From Carcharhinus amblyrhynchos (Eukaryota), in assembly GCA_965287045.1 (NCBI GenBank), contig OZ336894.1, forward strand, positions 8,122,001-8,186,000: a stretch of DNA of 64,000 nucleotides, read 5' to 3'. The notes beneath the pieces were generated by a model that saw only the letters and a list, made by a program, of their open reading frames with translations, was not told the DNA's origin and did not search any database. Position numbers and translations under genes: made by a program. This document shows, in pieces, positions 13,196 to 25,054 of this stretch. The first letter of the stretch is position 1; every line of letters starts with the position of its first letter.

Positions 13196-14433
13196 GTCTG
13201 CAGTGGTGGGCTTCAAATCCGGGTCCCCAGAACATTAGCTGAGTTTCTGGTTTAATAATCTAACGATGATACCACTAGGCCATTATCTCCCCCTAAACAT
13301 AAGTAAAGAGAGACTAGAGGAAAACAAAACGTTTGTATGGAGGGTAAATAACTGCATGGTCCAGTTGGGCTGGATGACTTGTTTCTGTGCTGTAAATTCC
13401 CCGTGCATTGGGAAAATGTAACAGTAAGAAAGATTTTCATAGTATTACTGCAAGAAGGCAGAAAGAGCACAAACCATAAAAGATTGGAATGGACTTTGAA
13501 CTGAAGATGGACACAAGTGATCAGTATTCTGAAAGAGTGCTTTCTCCACTCATTCATAAGTAACATGCCTTCTCCAGATGGAGAAACCCTGACTTGTGTT
13601 GAGCATAAACATCAAGCATGGACTATTGGGAAGAATAAGCTATTTCTGTGCTATAAAAACCTCATAATACTTTGTGAAATTAATGACTTTTATGTAAATG
13701 TGATGTAAATTCTAGAAAAGTGCTCTTGAGCCCAATGAAGAATTCCCCAGGCTTATCCTAGCTGGGGAGATTTGTGAGAATACCACTTGAGATGTCTGTA
13801 GAATTGGAAGGAGGTTAATATGGTGCCTGCATATATAATAGGTGTCACTCAGGCCTAAGTAACAATAGATTCATTAATTTCAGTTGAAATTGAAAATAAC
13901 TCGAGGCTTGTGGAGTTGCCTAAATGAAAATGACTTGTAGGATTAAATGATTAATTTAAGCATGGTCTTCCTCTATTGTTTTGTGTACTTCCTTTTATTT
14001 TTAATTAAATGTTGCTTTTCAACACGATTCACAAGATAGGTTAATAGATGCCAGTGACATCCAGCTGTCCATCTTGTTTACCTTTTGACTTTGTGGCTGT
14101 GCCTGACGCATGATTATCTGTCCAGCAGTAAGTGGACAGGAACATTGTAGATGAAATTTTATGTGGATTCATTGAATTTATTCACTTTTGGTTGGAGGAA
14201 CAGAGATGCAGAATATTTTTAAATAGTGAGAGATTGAGGAATTTTGATGCCCAAAGGGACCTGAGTGTCCTTGCCCCCCACACCCCCATAGAGGGGGTAC
14301 AGCAGAGATTCACTGGACCACCTGAGATGGCAGAACTGCCCTATGAGGAAATAATGAGGAGACCGGATTTGTATTCATTGTTAAAACTCAGGCTAGCAGA
14401 AGAAACAGTGGTTCCCCTGGCAGGGGGCCTAGA

Positions 14434-15089
14434 CGTTGGCCAACGTTGTCTACCTGATACGCTGCAGGAAAGGATATCCCGAGGCACGGTACATTGGGGA
14501 GACCATACAGACGCTACGACAGTGGATGAATGAACACTGCTCGACAATCACCAGGCAGGAGTGTTCTCTTCCTGTTGGGGAACACTTCAGCAGTCACTGA
14601 TGTTCAACTGTTGATCTTCGACTAAGTGTTCTCCAAGATGGCCTTCACGACACATGACAACGCAGAATCGCTGAGCTGAAACTGAGCCAAGTTCCGCACA
14701 CATGAAGACAGCTTCAACCGGGATCTTGGGTTCATATCACACTATTGGTAACCCTCACAACTTGCCTGGGCTTGCAAAATCTCACCAACTGCCCTCGCTG
14801 GAGACAATACACATCTCTTTAACCTGTGCTTGGCCCTCTCTCCACTCTCATTGTCTATACCTTTTAAGACTTGATTATCTGTAAAGACTCGCATTCCAAC
14901 CATTATCTTGTAAATTGAGTTTGTCTTTATACGCCCTGTTTGTGAACAGAACTCTCACTCACCTGATGAAGGGGCAGCATTCCGAAAGCTTGTGGCTTGT
15001 GCTACCATATAAACCTGTTGGACTTTAACCTGGTGTTGTGAGACTTCTTACTGCACTTACCCCAGTCCAACACTGGCATCTCCACATCA
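14434..15089 (+). mobile_element. 5'-truncated Penelope-like element: GIY-YIG endonuclease remnant plus pLTR
   Basis: From 14439 reads ANVVYLIRCRKGYPEARYIGETIQTLRQWMNEH...LPVGEHFSSH...NRDLGF; flanked by GGGGCCTA(G/A)A duplication (14424-14433 / 15091-15100). Confidence 0.88.
14959..14995 (+). ncRNA. Minimal type I hammerhead ribozyme motif in the Penelope pLTR
   Basis: CAC-CTGATGA-A-GGGG(CAGCA)TTCC-GAAA-GC-T-T-GTG: stem I CAC/GTG, both conserved core boxes, stem II with 2 GC and 2 GU pairs, palindromic stem III AAGCTT. Confidence 0.75.
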
Positions 15090-15866
15090 AGGGGCCTAAA
15101 ACCAGGGGACACTGTCTAACAATTAGGGACAAGCCATTCAGGACTGAGATGAAGAGGAATTTCTTCATTCGGGTGCTGAATCTTTGGAATTCTATATCCC
15201 AGAGGGATGTGCAAGCTTGATCATTGAGCGTGTTCGATACAGAAGTTGATAGATTTCTAAACACTGATGTAAGGGGAGTGTTGAAGTAGATAATCAACCA
15301 TGATCTAGCTGAATGGCAGATTAGGCTCAAGGGGCTGGATGGTTTCCTCCTGCTGTAATGTTACTATGTCCAGTTCTGGATAAGTTAGAATTTTCCTTGG
15401 GTCTAAACCTATTCCATTTCTCCTGACAACTTTACACCTTAGTTGCTGATCCCACCTCCTCCCTACTGGCTGCACAATAAACAAAAACTGAGAAAAGCTT
15501 TGAGCTGAGTTTTAAATGGTGCTTTCAATCAGTTACCACAATTTCATTTCATATGGAATATTGCCTGGCTTCATTGCTAACTCATCCCTAATTTACATCT
15601 CATTCTCACAAATTCCCTCCAGCTTTCTTTTGCACCCTACATGATTTCCACTGATCCAAATCTCTGCTGCTGTATCCTATTTCATTACCAAATCCTGCAT
15701 ATATGTCCTGGTGCGCTGTCAACTCTCGTGGCTTTTCTTACCACAGTGTATGCACTTCACATACTCATTCTTCATTTTCATATTTTCATTTTACCTTTCC
15801 TTTGTTGTCTTCTTGAGCTCCACATACCAGCATGTGCTTTCTCATCTGTTATAGTCTTTCCAGTTC

Positions 15867-16079
15867 ATGGGCCGGAATCCTCCAGCCATTTGGTATTGGC
15901 AGGATTCTCTGTTCCTGCTGCCAGGGCACCTCCCCTGCGGTTTCCTGGCAGCATAGGATGACATCAATGGGAAATGCCACTGACAGCGGCAGGACCTGAA
16001 AGTCTCATTGTCAGTGGATGGCACACTGCTGCCCACTGCTGAGAAACATGGAGCTGGAAATCCTGGGAATCCCACCCAT
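15867..16079. mobile_element. MITE-like non-autonomous DNA element (possibly PIF/Harbinger)
   Basis: Imperfect terminal inverted repeats ATGGGCCGGAATCC / GGGAATCCCACCCAT around a GC-richer interior of about 210 bp. Confidence 0.55.
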
Positions 16080-17120
16080 TGTGTTTCTAAAGAGCCTCCA
16101 GTCACAATGCCCTTCAAACTAGACTTCCCAAACTGAGCGAAAGCTTGGAGTTTGGTAAATGGGGGAGTTAAAGTCTTTAAAATCTTGTTCTTAAAATCTA
16201 ATCTAGTCTGTGATTAGCAGTAACTGTAAAGTACTGTATAAGCAGGTTAAGTTCTTTCTAGCAGTTTAGGCAGGATAAACTCATACTCAGCTGTGGGAGC
16301 TGAGTAGTTAATTAGCTAACTGGTTTAATCTAGTGCTGTAGTCCCAGTTCAGTTTTCTGTAAATTCAGTTCATGTGGTGAAACCCAAGCAAATGGCATGC
16401 ATTAAGAAAGCTGTGTGCAAACTTGGAGTTTGGTAAGTGGGGAGTTTGATGAAGCGGGAGAAGTTGTTTGTTTTCTGTTGCGTTTACAATCTTTCTCACC
16501 TTTTAGCATTGGTTATTGCTGTACTACAGGGAAAGGGACTAGCTGTTTGATGGGGACCTGGTAAGTGGATAGGTTTTACTCTATCCATAAAGTTTAAAAT
16601 AGTACACAACTTGGCAATAAAGTAAATACTAAGTAATGATGGCAGGGCAGATGATGTGTGAAAGCTGCAGCATGTGACAACTTCTGTTTAACACTGATTC
16701 AGGGCAAACAGATCTTCAATAAGTGCTTGTGGCTCGAGGAACTTCGGCTCAGAGACATTTAGCTGGGGCTGGGCTGCACAGTCTGTGGCACATCAGGGAG
16801 AGGGGAAGGTTGTTTTTATGTGGAATCAAATTTTTTTCCTTCTCTAAGGAAGGAGACACTGTTGGAATGGATTAATAGACCTTCCAATTAAGTCCTAATT
16901 TGATGTCCTAATGCTACAGGTGGCATTAGGTTGTTGGTGGAGAATTCTATTTGGAGTTGGATCAAAAAGAAGGTAGTTTATGTAGAAGCAGAATTTGTGT
17001 CTCCTTTACTGAGCTGCAACCTAGAAGCTCAAACAAATGTCATCTGGATACTTGGTACCAGGAGACAGACGCACCTCCTAGATCAGGGCAGGAATGCCGG
17101 CCCCTGCAGTTGTCTAACGA

Positions 17121-17273
17121 TAAGAAGTCTCTCAACACCAGGTTAAAGTCCAGCAGGTTTATTTGGAATCATAAGCTTTTGGAATGCTTCAAATAAACCT
17201 GTTGGACTTTAACCTGGTATTGTGAGACTTCTTACTGTGCCCACCTCAGTCCAACAGCAGCATTTCTACATCA
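17121..17273. mobile_element. Palindromic Penelope pLTR derivative (same family as 14434-15089)
   Basis: 45-bp inverted arms 17121-17165 / 17190-17234 with 3 differences; right arm and tail match 15011-15089. Confidence 0.85.
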
Positions 17274-19030
17274 TTGTCCAACAAGTTTGAGATTCTTTCA
17301 GCTTGTTTGGATGAGACGGCTATAGGATGCATGACCTGACTGACTATGGCACTGTGGTACAGGAAGCTATGGGGGGAGCACACAAGAATGTAGTGGTGAG
17401 TGTATTGACACCATTTTCTGTAGCAAAGCGCAAGAGTCCAGTGCCGGGGTTTGGGATATCTGCTCAGTGTTGGAGAGGGAGTTACAGTGGGAAGGGAAGG
17501 ATCCAGTGGTTGTGGTCCATGTAGGTACCAATGACTTAGGTATGATGAGGAAGGAAGTTCTGCATAAATTGGTATGAGGGGCTAGGCATCAAATTAAGAA
17601 GCAGAACTTCAAAGGTGCTAATATCTAGATTATTACCTGATCTATGTACAAATTAGCACAGGATAAATAAGATTAGAGAAGTGAATACGTGGCTCAAAGA
17701 ATGAGCGTGTGAGAAGTGCGTTCTGGTTAGTGGGCACTGGCATCAGTGTTGGGGAAAATGGGATCTGTAGCTTCAGTGTACACCTGAACCTTGCGAGCTG
17801 CATAACCAGGGAAATAGTTTTAAACTGAAAAAGTGGGTGCAAGGGATCAAATTTGAGGGATGTGGTACACTAAAGAATAGAGACAAGGCAAAAGAGAAAG
17901 ATACTAGTATGGGAAATGATAAACAGACCGTGGCAGGAAGGGAAAGAGTACAAATCTGAGAATAAACAGGTAAGGCTAAAAGCTACAAAAACAATGAAAT
18001 GACAACATTAAAACATTAGAGAGGGATGACCCAAATTCAGGAAACCAGGATGAAGAGGCAGTTTGGGTTGAGATATGAAATGGTAAAGGCAGGAAGTCAT
18101 TGTGAAACAACATGGTAGGGCAGAATATAAAATAAGAGATAATGGGAGCTTGTCAGAAAGCTGAAAGAATCTCAAACTTGTTGGACAATGATGTAGAAAT
18201 GTTGGTGCTGGACTGAGGTGGACACTGCAATAATCCTGGGGGTGGAGGATTTTAATCTATACATAGATTTAAAAAATCAGGTAGGCAATGGTTGTGTAGA
18301 TGAGGACTTCATAGAATGTTTTAGGGATAGTTTCTCAGGATAGCATGTTCCGAAGCCAGCCAAAAGGCAGGCTATACCAGACGTGGTTTTGTGCATTGAG
18401 TTAGGATTAATTAGTAACCTCACAGTGAAGGTCCATCTAGATAGCAGTGATCATTATATGATTGAATTTTACATTAGTTTGAAGGAGAGAAGAGTGCATC
18501 CAAGACCAGTATTTAAAACTTAAATAAGGGCAATTATGAACCCATAAAAACTGAGCTAGCTAAAGTGAATTGGCACATCTGCTTAGGGAAAGATCAAGTA
18601 AAGATTCAGTGACGGATATTTAGAGGAATATCTCAATGCACAGAGTAGACTCATTCCAGTGAGTGGTAAAAATCCCAAGAAGAGGGCCCTTGGAGGATAA
18701 TACTAGAATACAAAAGAGAGCTAGCTAGCAATATAAAGCTGGATAGCAAGACTTTCTGTAGATCTTTAAATAAGAAAAGAGTTAAAGTGATTGGTCCTGT
18801 AGAAAGTGTGTTTGGAGAATTGATAATGGAAAGTAGGACTATGGTGGATGAACTAAACAAGTATTTTACATCGGTCTTCACGACACAGGTAACAAGTAAC
18901 ATCCCAGAAATAGCTGTAAATCAGGAAATAGGAGAAATTCTGGGAAAATTACGATCACCAGGAAAGTGGTATTGGAGAAATTGTTGGACCTGTGGGCAGC
19001 CAAATCTCATGTCTGGATGGACTTCACCCT

Positions 19031-20030
19031 AAATAGAACATAGTACACTTCAGCACAAACAGGCCTTTCAGCCCACAAGTTGCACCAATCACATCTATAC
19101 CTACCAAGCCATAGAACTATCTAACTCCCAATCCCATTAGATCCCATATACTCATCCAGAAGTCTTTTAAAAGACCCCAGCAAGTTCGCCTCTACCACCA
19201 CTGGCAGCTGATTCCACTCACACACCACCCTCTGAGTGAAAAACTTACCCCTAACATCTCCTCTGCGCTTGCTTCCCAGCACCTTAAACCTGTGTCCTCT
19301 CATAGCGACCATTTCAGCACTGGGAAATAGCCTGCTGATGATCCACCCTATCTATTCCCCTCAACATTTTATAAACCACTATCAGGTCGTCTCTCAATCT
19401 CCGTCTCTCCAGGGAGAAGAGACCTAGCTCCCTCAACCTATCTTCATAAGGCAAGCCTCCCAATCCAGGCAGCATCCTTGTAAATCTCCTCTGCACCCTC
19501 TCAATAGCTTCCGCATCCTTCCTGTAGTGAGGCCACCAGAACTGCACGCAGTACTCCAAGTGGGATCTGACAAGGGTCTTATAAAGTTGCAGCATTACCT
19601 CCTGACTCCTAAACTCAATCCCTCGATTAATGAAGGCCAGTACACCATACGCCTTCTTGACCACACCCTCCACCTGCGAGGCCGATTTTTAAGAGTCCTA
19701 TGGACCCGGACCCCAGGATCCTTCTGCTCTTCAACACAGCTAAGACTCCTACCCTTGATATTGTACTCCTTCATCCCATTGGTCCTGCCAAAATGGACGA
19801 CTACACATTTATCCGCGTTGAAGTCCATCTGCCACTTCTCCGCCCAGTCTTGCATCCTATCTATGTCACGCTGCAACTTCTGACATCCCTCCAGACTATC
19901 CACAACACCACCAACCTTTGTATCGTTGGTGAACTTCCCTCACCCATCCCTCCACTTCCTCACCCATCCCTCCACTTCCTCATCCAGGTCATTTATGAAA
20001 ATGAGAAACAGCAGGGGTCGTAGAACAGAT
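19031..20030 (-). mobile_element. Relatively young CR1/HER1-type LINE 3' kilobase
   Basis: ORF fragments 19595-19903, 19314-19673 and 19121-19312 (LQRDIDRMQDWAEKWQM; LYKTLVRSHLEYCVQFW; TQRVV.EWN); 20-bp tandem duplication at about 19938-19983. Confidence 0.92.
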
Positions 20031-20398
20031 AAGTGGCCAATGAGATAGTTGATGCATTTGTTTCAATTTTCCATAATTCTCTAGATTAGAGGAAGGTTCC
20101 TTTTGGATTGAAAGATAGCAAATGTAACTCCTTTATTCAAAAAGGAAGAAGACAGAAAGGAAACTACAGGCCAGTTAGTGTAACATCTGTCATAGGGAAA
20201 TTGTTAGAAGCCATTATTAAAGATGTTATGGCAGGGGTCTCGGAAAATCTCAAAGCACATCGAAGACTATTATGGAAAAGTTCATGTGTAGGGGGTAACA
20301 CATTGGCATGATTGAAGCTTGAAAGAGTCAGCATAAATGGGTCTTTTTCTGGTTGGCAGGTATGACGAGCTGGGTGCTACAGGGATCAGTGCTCAATT

Positions 20399-21230
20399 TT
20401 TTGATTTGATTTATTATTGTCATGTGTATTAGTATACAGTGAAAAGAATTGTTTCTTGCACTCCATACAGACAAAGCATATCGTACATAGAGAAGGAGAG
20501 CAGAGAGTGTGCAGAATAGTGTTACAATCATACTAGGGTGTAGAGAAAGATCAACTTAATATAAGGTAGGCCCATTCAAAGGTCTGATGGTAGCAGGGAA
20601 GCAGCTGTTCTTGAGTCAGTTGGTACATCTAGAACATAGAACACTACAGCACAAACAGGCCCTTCGGCCCACAAGTTGCGCCGATCACATCATCACCTAC
20701 CAACCTACAGACCTATCTATAACCCTCAATCTCATTAAACCCCATATACTCATCCAGGAGTCTTTTAAAAGACCCCAGCGAGTTCGCCTCCACCACCACT
20801 GACGGCAGCCGATTCCATTCACTCACCACCCTCTGAGTGAAAAACTTACCCCTAACATCACTTCTGAACCTCCCTCCCCGCACCTTAAATCTGTGTCCTC
20901 TCGTAGCGACCATTTCAACCCGGGGAAATAGCCTCTGAGAGTCCACCCTATCTATTCCTCTCAACATTTTGACTTTATCTTCTACGCGGTGGAAGAAGGT
21001 GGAAAAGAGCACTTCTGGGGTGCAAGGGGTCCTTGATTACGCTGGTTGCTTCCAAGGCAGCGGGAAGCGTCATTGGATGGGAAGCTGGGTTGAGTGATGC
21101 ACTGGGCTTTGTTCACGACCCTTTGTAGTTTCTTGCAGTCTTGAACAGAGCAGGAGCTGTACCAAGCTGTGATACAACCAGAAAGAATGCTTTCTATGGT
21201 GCATCTGTAAAAGTTGGAGAGAGTTGTAGC
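20399..21230 (-). mobile_element. Rex1/Babar LINE 3' end containing a CR1 tail fragment (20630-20970)
   Basis: gatttgatttattattgtca tail; inner fragment matches the family at 19031. Confidence 0.85.
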
Positions 21231-22130
21231 GGAGAAAAGATTTGGATGAAAGGACTAAAGCTATGGTTGCTAGATGTGCTGATGACACAAAGCTAAGTAG
21301 GAAAGTAAATTGTGAAGATGACAAAGGGGCACCAATTACTTGAGTGGGCAAAAGTCTGGCATATGGAGTATTATGTGGGCAAATATAAAATTGTCCATTT
21401 TGGCAGAAAGAATAAAAAAGGAGCTTATCTAACCAGTGAGAGATTGCAGAGCTTTGAGATGTAGAGGATCTGAGGGTCCAAGTGCCTGAATCACAAAAAT
21501 TAGTATATAGGTGCAGCAAGTAATTAGGAACGTTAATAGAATGTTATTGTTTAAGTTTTTAAATTTATTTATTAATGTCACAAGTAGGCTTACATACACA
21601 CTGCAATGAAGTTACTGTGAAAATCCCCTATAGTGTGAGGTGAATTGATTACAACAGTAGGGAGGTTTTGCTTCAGACTTGGTGATGCCATATCTGGAGT
21701 AATGTGTACAGTATTGGTGTCCATATTTAAGGAAATATGTAAATGTGTTAGAAGCAGTTCAGAGAAGGTTTACTAGAGAAATACCAAGAATGGGTGGGTT
21801 GTTTCGTGAGGAAAAGTTGGAGAGGTTCTGTTTGTACCCACTAGAGTTTAGAAGAGTAAGAGGTTACTTGGTCGAAGCCCAATCTTGAGGGGTGTTGAGA
21901 GGGTGGATGTGGAAAGGATGTTTCCCCTTGTCAAAGAATCTAGAGCTAGAGGTCCCAGTTTAAAAATAAGGGGTCTTTCATTTAAGGCGAGCTGGGGAAA
22001 ATGTTTTTCTTCAAATGGTGTTGAATCTCTGGGAGACTCTTCCTCAAAAGGCAGTGCTTTCAAGGCCGAGGGATGAACAAGGGGATGAAAGGTTATCGGG
22101 GGTAGGGAGGAATGTGCTGTCCCGCTCCTA

Positions 22131-22978
22131 ATTTTGATTTATTATTGTCACATGTATTAGTATGCAGTGAAAAGTATTGTTTCTTGCGGGCAATATAGAC
22201 AAAGCATACAGTTGTAATGCAGGAAAGGGGAGAGTGCAGAATGTAGTGTTACAGTCATAGCTAGGGTGTAGGTAGGTCCATTCAAAAGTCTGATAGCAGT
22301 AGGAGCCGTTCTTGAGTTGGTTGGTACGTGACATCAGACTTTTGTATCTTTTCCCGATGAAGGAAGGTGGAAGAGAGAATATCTGGGGTGTGTGGGGTCT
22401 TTGATTGTATGCTGGCTGTTTTTCCCAGGCAGCGGGAAGGATTGACAGTCAATGCTTGGGAGATTGGATTGTGTGACGAATTGGATTACATTCACGGCCC
22501 TTTGTAGCTTTTTGCGATCTTGTGCAGAACAGGAACCATTAAAGATGTGATACAACCCGAAAGAATGCCTTCTGTGGTGCACCAGTAAAATCATGGTGAG
22601 TTGTTGCTAACAGGCCAAATTTCCTTAGTCTTCTGAGAAAGTAGAGGTGTTGGTGGGCTTTCTTAACTATAGAGTCGGCCTGGGGGGACCAGAACAGGTT
22701 GTTGGTGATCTGAATACCCAAAAAACCTGAAGCTCTCAACCATTTCTAGTTTGTTCCCATTGATGTAGACAGGGACACATTCTCCTCCATGCTTCCTGAA
22801 GTCAATGACTATCTCCTTTGTTTTGTTGACATTGAGGGAGAGATTACTGTCGTCGTACCAGTTCACCAGATTCTCTCATTCCTGTGCACACTCGTCATTA
22901 CTTGAGATCCAATCCATCAGCAAACTTGAAAATTGAGTTGGAGGGGAATTTGGCCACAGACATAGGTGTATAAGGAGT
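22131..22978 (-). mobile_element. Rex1/Babar LINE 3' region
   Basis: KFADG, W..D.NLSLNVNKTKEIVIDFRK, FLGIQITNNL.W, KKAHQHLYFLRRLRKFG. Confidence 0.9.
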
Positions 22979-23193
22979 TTGGTAATTTGTATGTTTGTGT
23001 GTAACTTTTCCTTGACTTTTAAGAGCTTTGGAATGTTTTGTTTCGCAAATGTGGAAAGGCACCATGTAAGTTGTTAGCCATATTATTTTTAAAGACACAT
23101 GAGCTTTGTTTCATCTTGAAACAAATTTCCTGAGGTCTGTGTAGAGCAGTTTTGAATGTATTTCCTTTAGCTGCACACGAGCTAGAGTAAGGA

Positions 23194-23578
23194 GGAGAGA
23201 GTGGTATAGTGATAGTGCCATTGGTCTAGTAGTCCAGAGGCCCAGGTTAATGCTCTGGGGTCATAGCTTCAAATCCCACCACAGCATCTGGTGGAATAAA
23301 AGTTCAATTAATAAATCTAGTATATAAAGCTAGTCTCTGTGATGGTAATCGTGAAACGGTCATCGATTGTAAAAATCCATCTGGTCCATTCATATCCTTT
23401 AGGGATGGAAATCTGCCATGCTTAGCTGGTATGCTCTACATGTAACTTCAGACCCACAGCAATGTGGTTGATTCTTAACTGCCCTCTGAAATGACCTCGT
23501 AAGCCACTCAGTGCAAGGGGCAATTAGGGATGGACAACAAATGCTGGTTTTCGCTTCTCATGAAAAAATAAATAAAAA
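23194..23578 (+). mobile_element. tRNA-derived SINE related to 12835-13195
   Basis: Shared body (catctggt.cat..tcctttaggga.ggaaatctgcc; cacagcaatgtggttga) and tail ggggcaattagggatgg. Confidence 0.8.
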
Positions 23579-23819
23579 TGCTACTTTGTTGTAACAGGTA
23601 TTAATGAGTTCTTAAATAACTTCCTTAAAACTGAATGCTCTGGAATGGTTTTATCTAAATGTATTGGTTTACAGATTTCAGTATCAGTCAAGCTCAAGGA
23701 ATGGGACTCTGAATTGACCATCTGTTTCATTAGAAATTTATGTTTGGGGGAAATGAGAAATTTATGATTGGCTCTAAATGTGTGGAGATTCTTCTAATCT
23801 CTTTTGCGCTTCATTGCAG

Positions 23820-24082
23820 ATAATATCCCTGAGGATTTGAGGGATGCTTTCTACACTGACCAGTATGAACAGGAGCACATCAAACCACCTGTCATCAAGT
23901 TGCTGCTGTCAAGTGAACTGTATTGCCGTGTCTGCAGCCTAATTTTGAAAGGGGATCAGGTGGCTGCATTGCAGGGTCACCAGCCTGTCATTCAAGCATT
24001 GTCTCGCAAAGGCATTTATGTCATGGAAAGTGATGATGTACCAGTTTCAGAATCGGACCTTACACAGTCTCCAATCAAAATG
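23820..24082 (+). CDS. CAMSAP1: CAMSAP1 coding exon (exon 2 by mammalian numbering), 263 nt, phase 1 to 0
   Basis: ttgcag|AT...AAAATG|gtaagt; encodes (D)NIPEDLRDAFYTDQYEQEHIKPPVIKLLLSSELYCRVCSLILKGDQVAALQGHQPVIQALSRKGIYVMESDD...SPIKM, recognised as the CAMSAP1 N-terminus. Confidence 0.96.
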
Positions 24083-24758
24083 GTAAGTGAAAGAATTTTT
24101 TTTCAGTTATGTTAGGTTTTCCTGGTAGTAGATAATTATTATTAAATTAGCTTCCTGCCTTCTGTGGAGAAAATGCATATGCATAACACAAAAAAACAAT
24201 TGTTTTTTATGTAATAATCTGCCATTATCATTGTTCTAAAGGCTTTTGGCATAAGTGCAGCAATTGCACCACAGTCTTGGTTTAAAATAGTAGGTTTTGT
24301 GATGTGCGAGGTAGAAATTTGTGATGTTGAATGTACTGAAAGAGTGAATATTTTAAATGTCCACTGTGTAGTCCTTTGTACTTGAGAGTTGAGCACTACT
24401 TTTGGAAAGAGAACTGATCTTGATTTCTGAGATGCTGTCTGTTACAGCCAGTTTGAGCAGAAATCTTACCAGCATGTTGCATAGACTAAAGCTGTCTTCT
24501 GTGGTTTACAGGCTGCTGCTATTTGCATTTCAGTTGCCATTTTTCCTTCAAGAGACCCACACACCAATGTTTGTACACCCAATGCTGCATTTGGATGATG
24601 AGCTGGGAAAATTTTCCAGCTGTTGACAGTGACTGTTTGTGGTCATGTTTGAGTGTGTCCTTTTTATCTTTGGCAGTCACTCTGCTTAAAGATTTTGGGC
24701 AGGAATCGAAGTGTGTTGGCTGATTTCTCTGAACTGTTGCCAGCCTCCTGTGTAAGAT

Positions 24759-25054
24759 AAAGTTTATTTATTACTCACAAGTAGGCTTACATTCATATTG
24801 CAGTGAAGTTGGTGTGAAAATCCTCTAGTCATCACACTCCAACATCTGTTTGGGTACACTGGGGGAGAATTTAGCATGGCCAATGCACCTAACCAGCACG
24901 TCTTTCAGACAGTGAGAGGAAACTGGAGCATCCGAAGGAAACTCATGCAGATGGAGGGAGAACATGCAGACTCCGCACAAACAGTAACCCAAGCTGGGAA
25001 CCGAACCTGGATCCCTGGCATTGTGAAGCAGCAGTGCTAATCACTGTGCCGCCC
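24759..25054 (-). mobile_element. V-SINE with alternative (non-CR1) tail
   Basis: V-domain plus tail ...cacc/cagtaacttcactgca..tgaatgtaagcctacttgtga..aataaataaacttt. Confidence 0.88.

Larger units (their letters stand above)
14125..15367 (+). mobile_element. Decayed CR1 3' region split by a Penelope insertion
   Basis: QRDLSVL, IEGVQQRFT before 14433; TRGHCLTIRDKPFRTEMKRNFF.RVLNLWNS after 15090. Confidence 0.8.
16380..22120 (+). mobile_element. Near full-length but heavily decayed CR1 LINE with multiple nested insertions
   Basis: ORF1 zinc-finger-like start (MAGQMMCESCSM, about 16639), SGNH-esterase motif VVVHVGTNDLG (about 17507-17540), endonuclease remnants about 18050-18550, GNYRPVSVTSVIGKLLE (about 20160), RT and C-terminal remnants 21235-22100. 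Confidence 0.8.
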
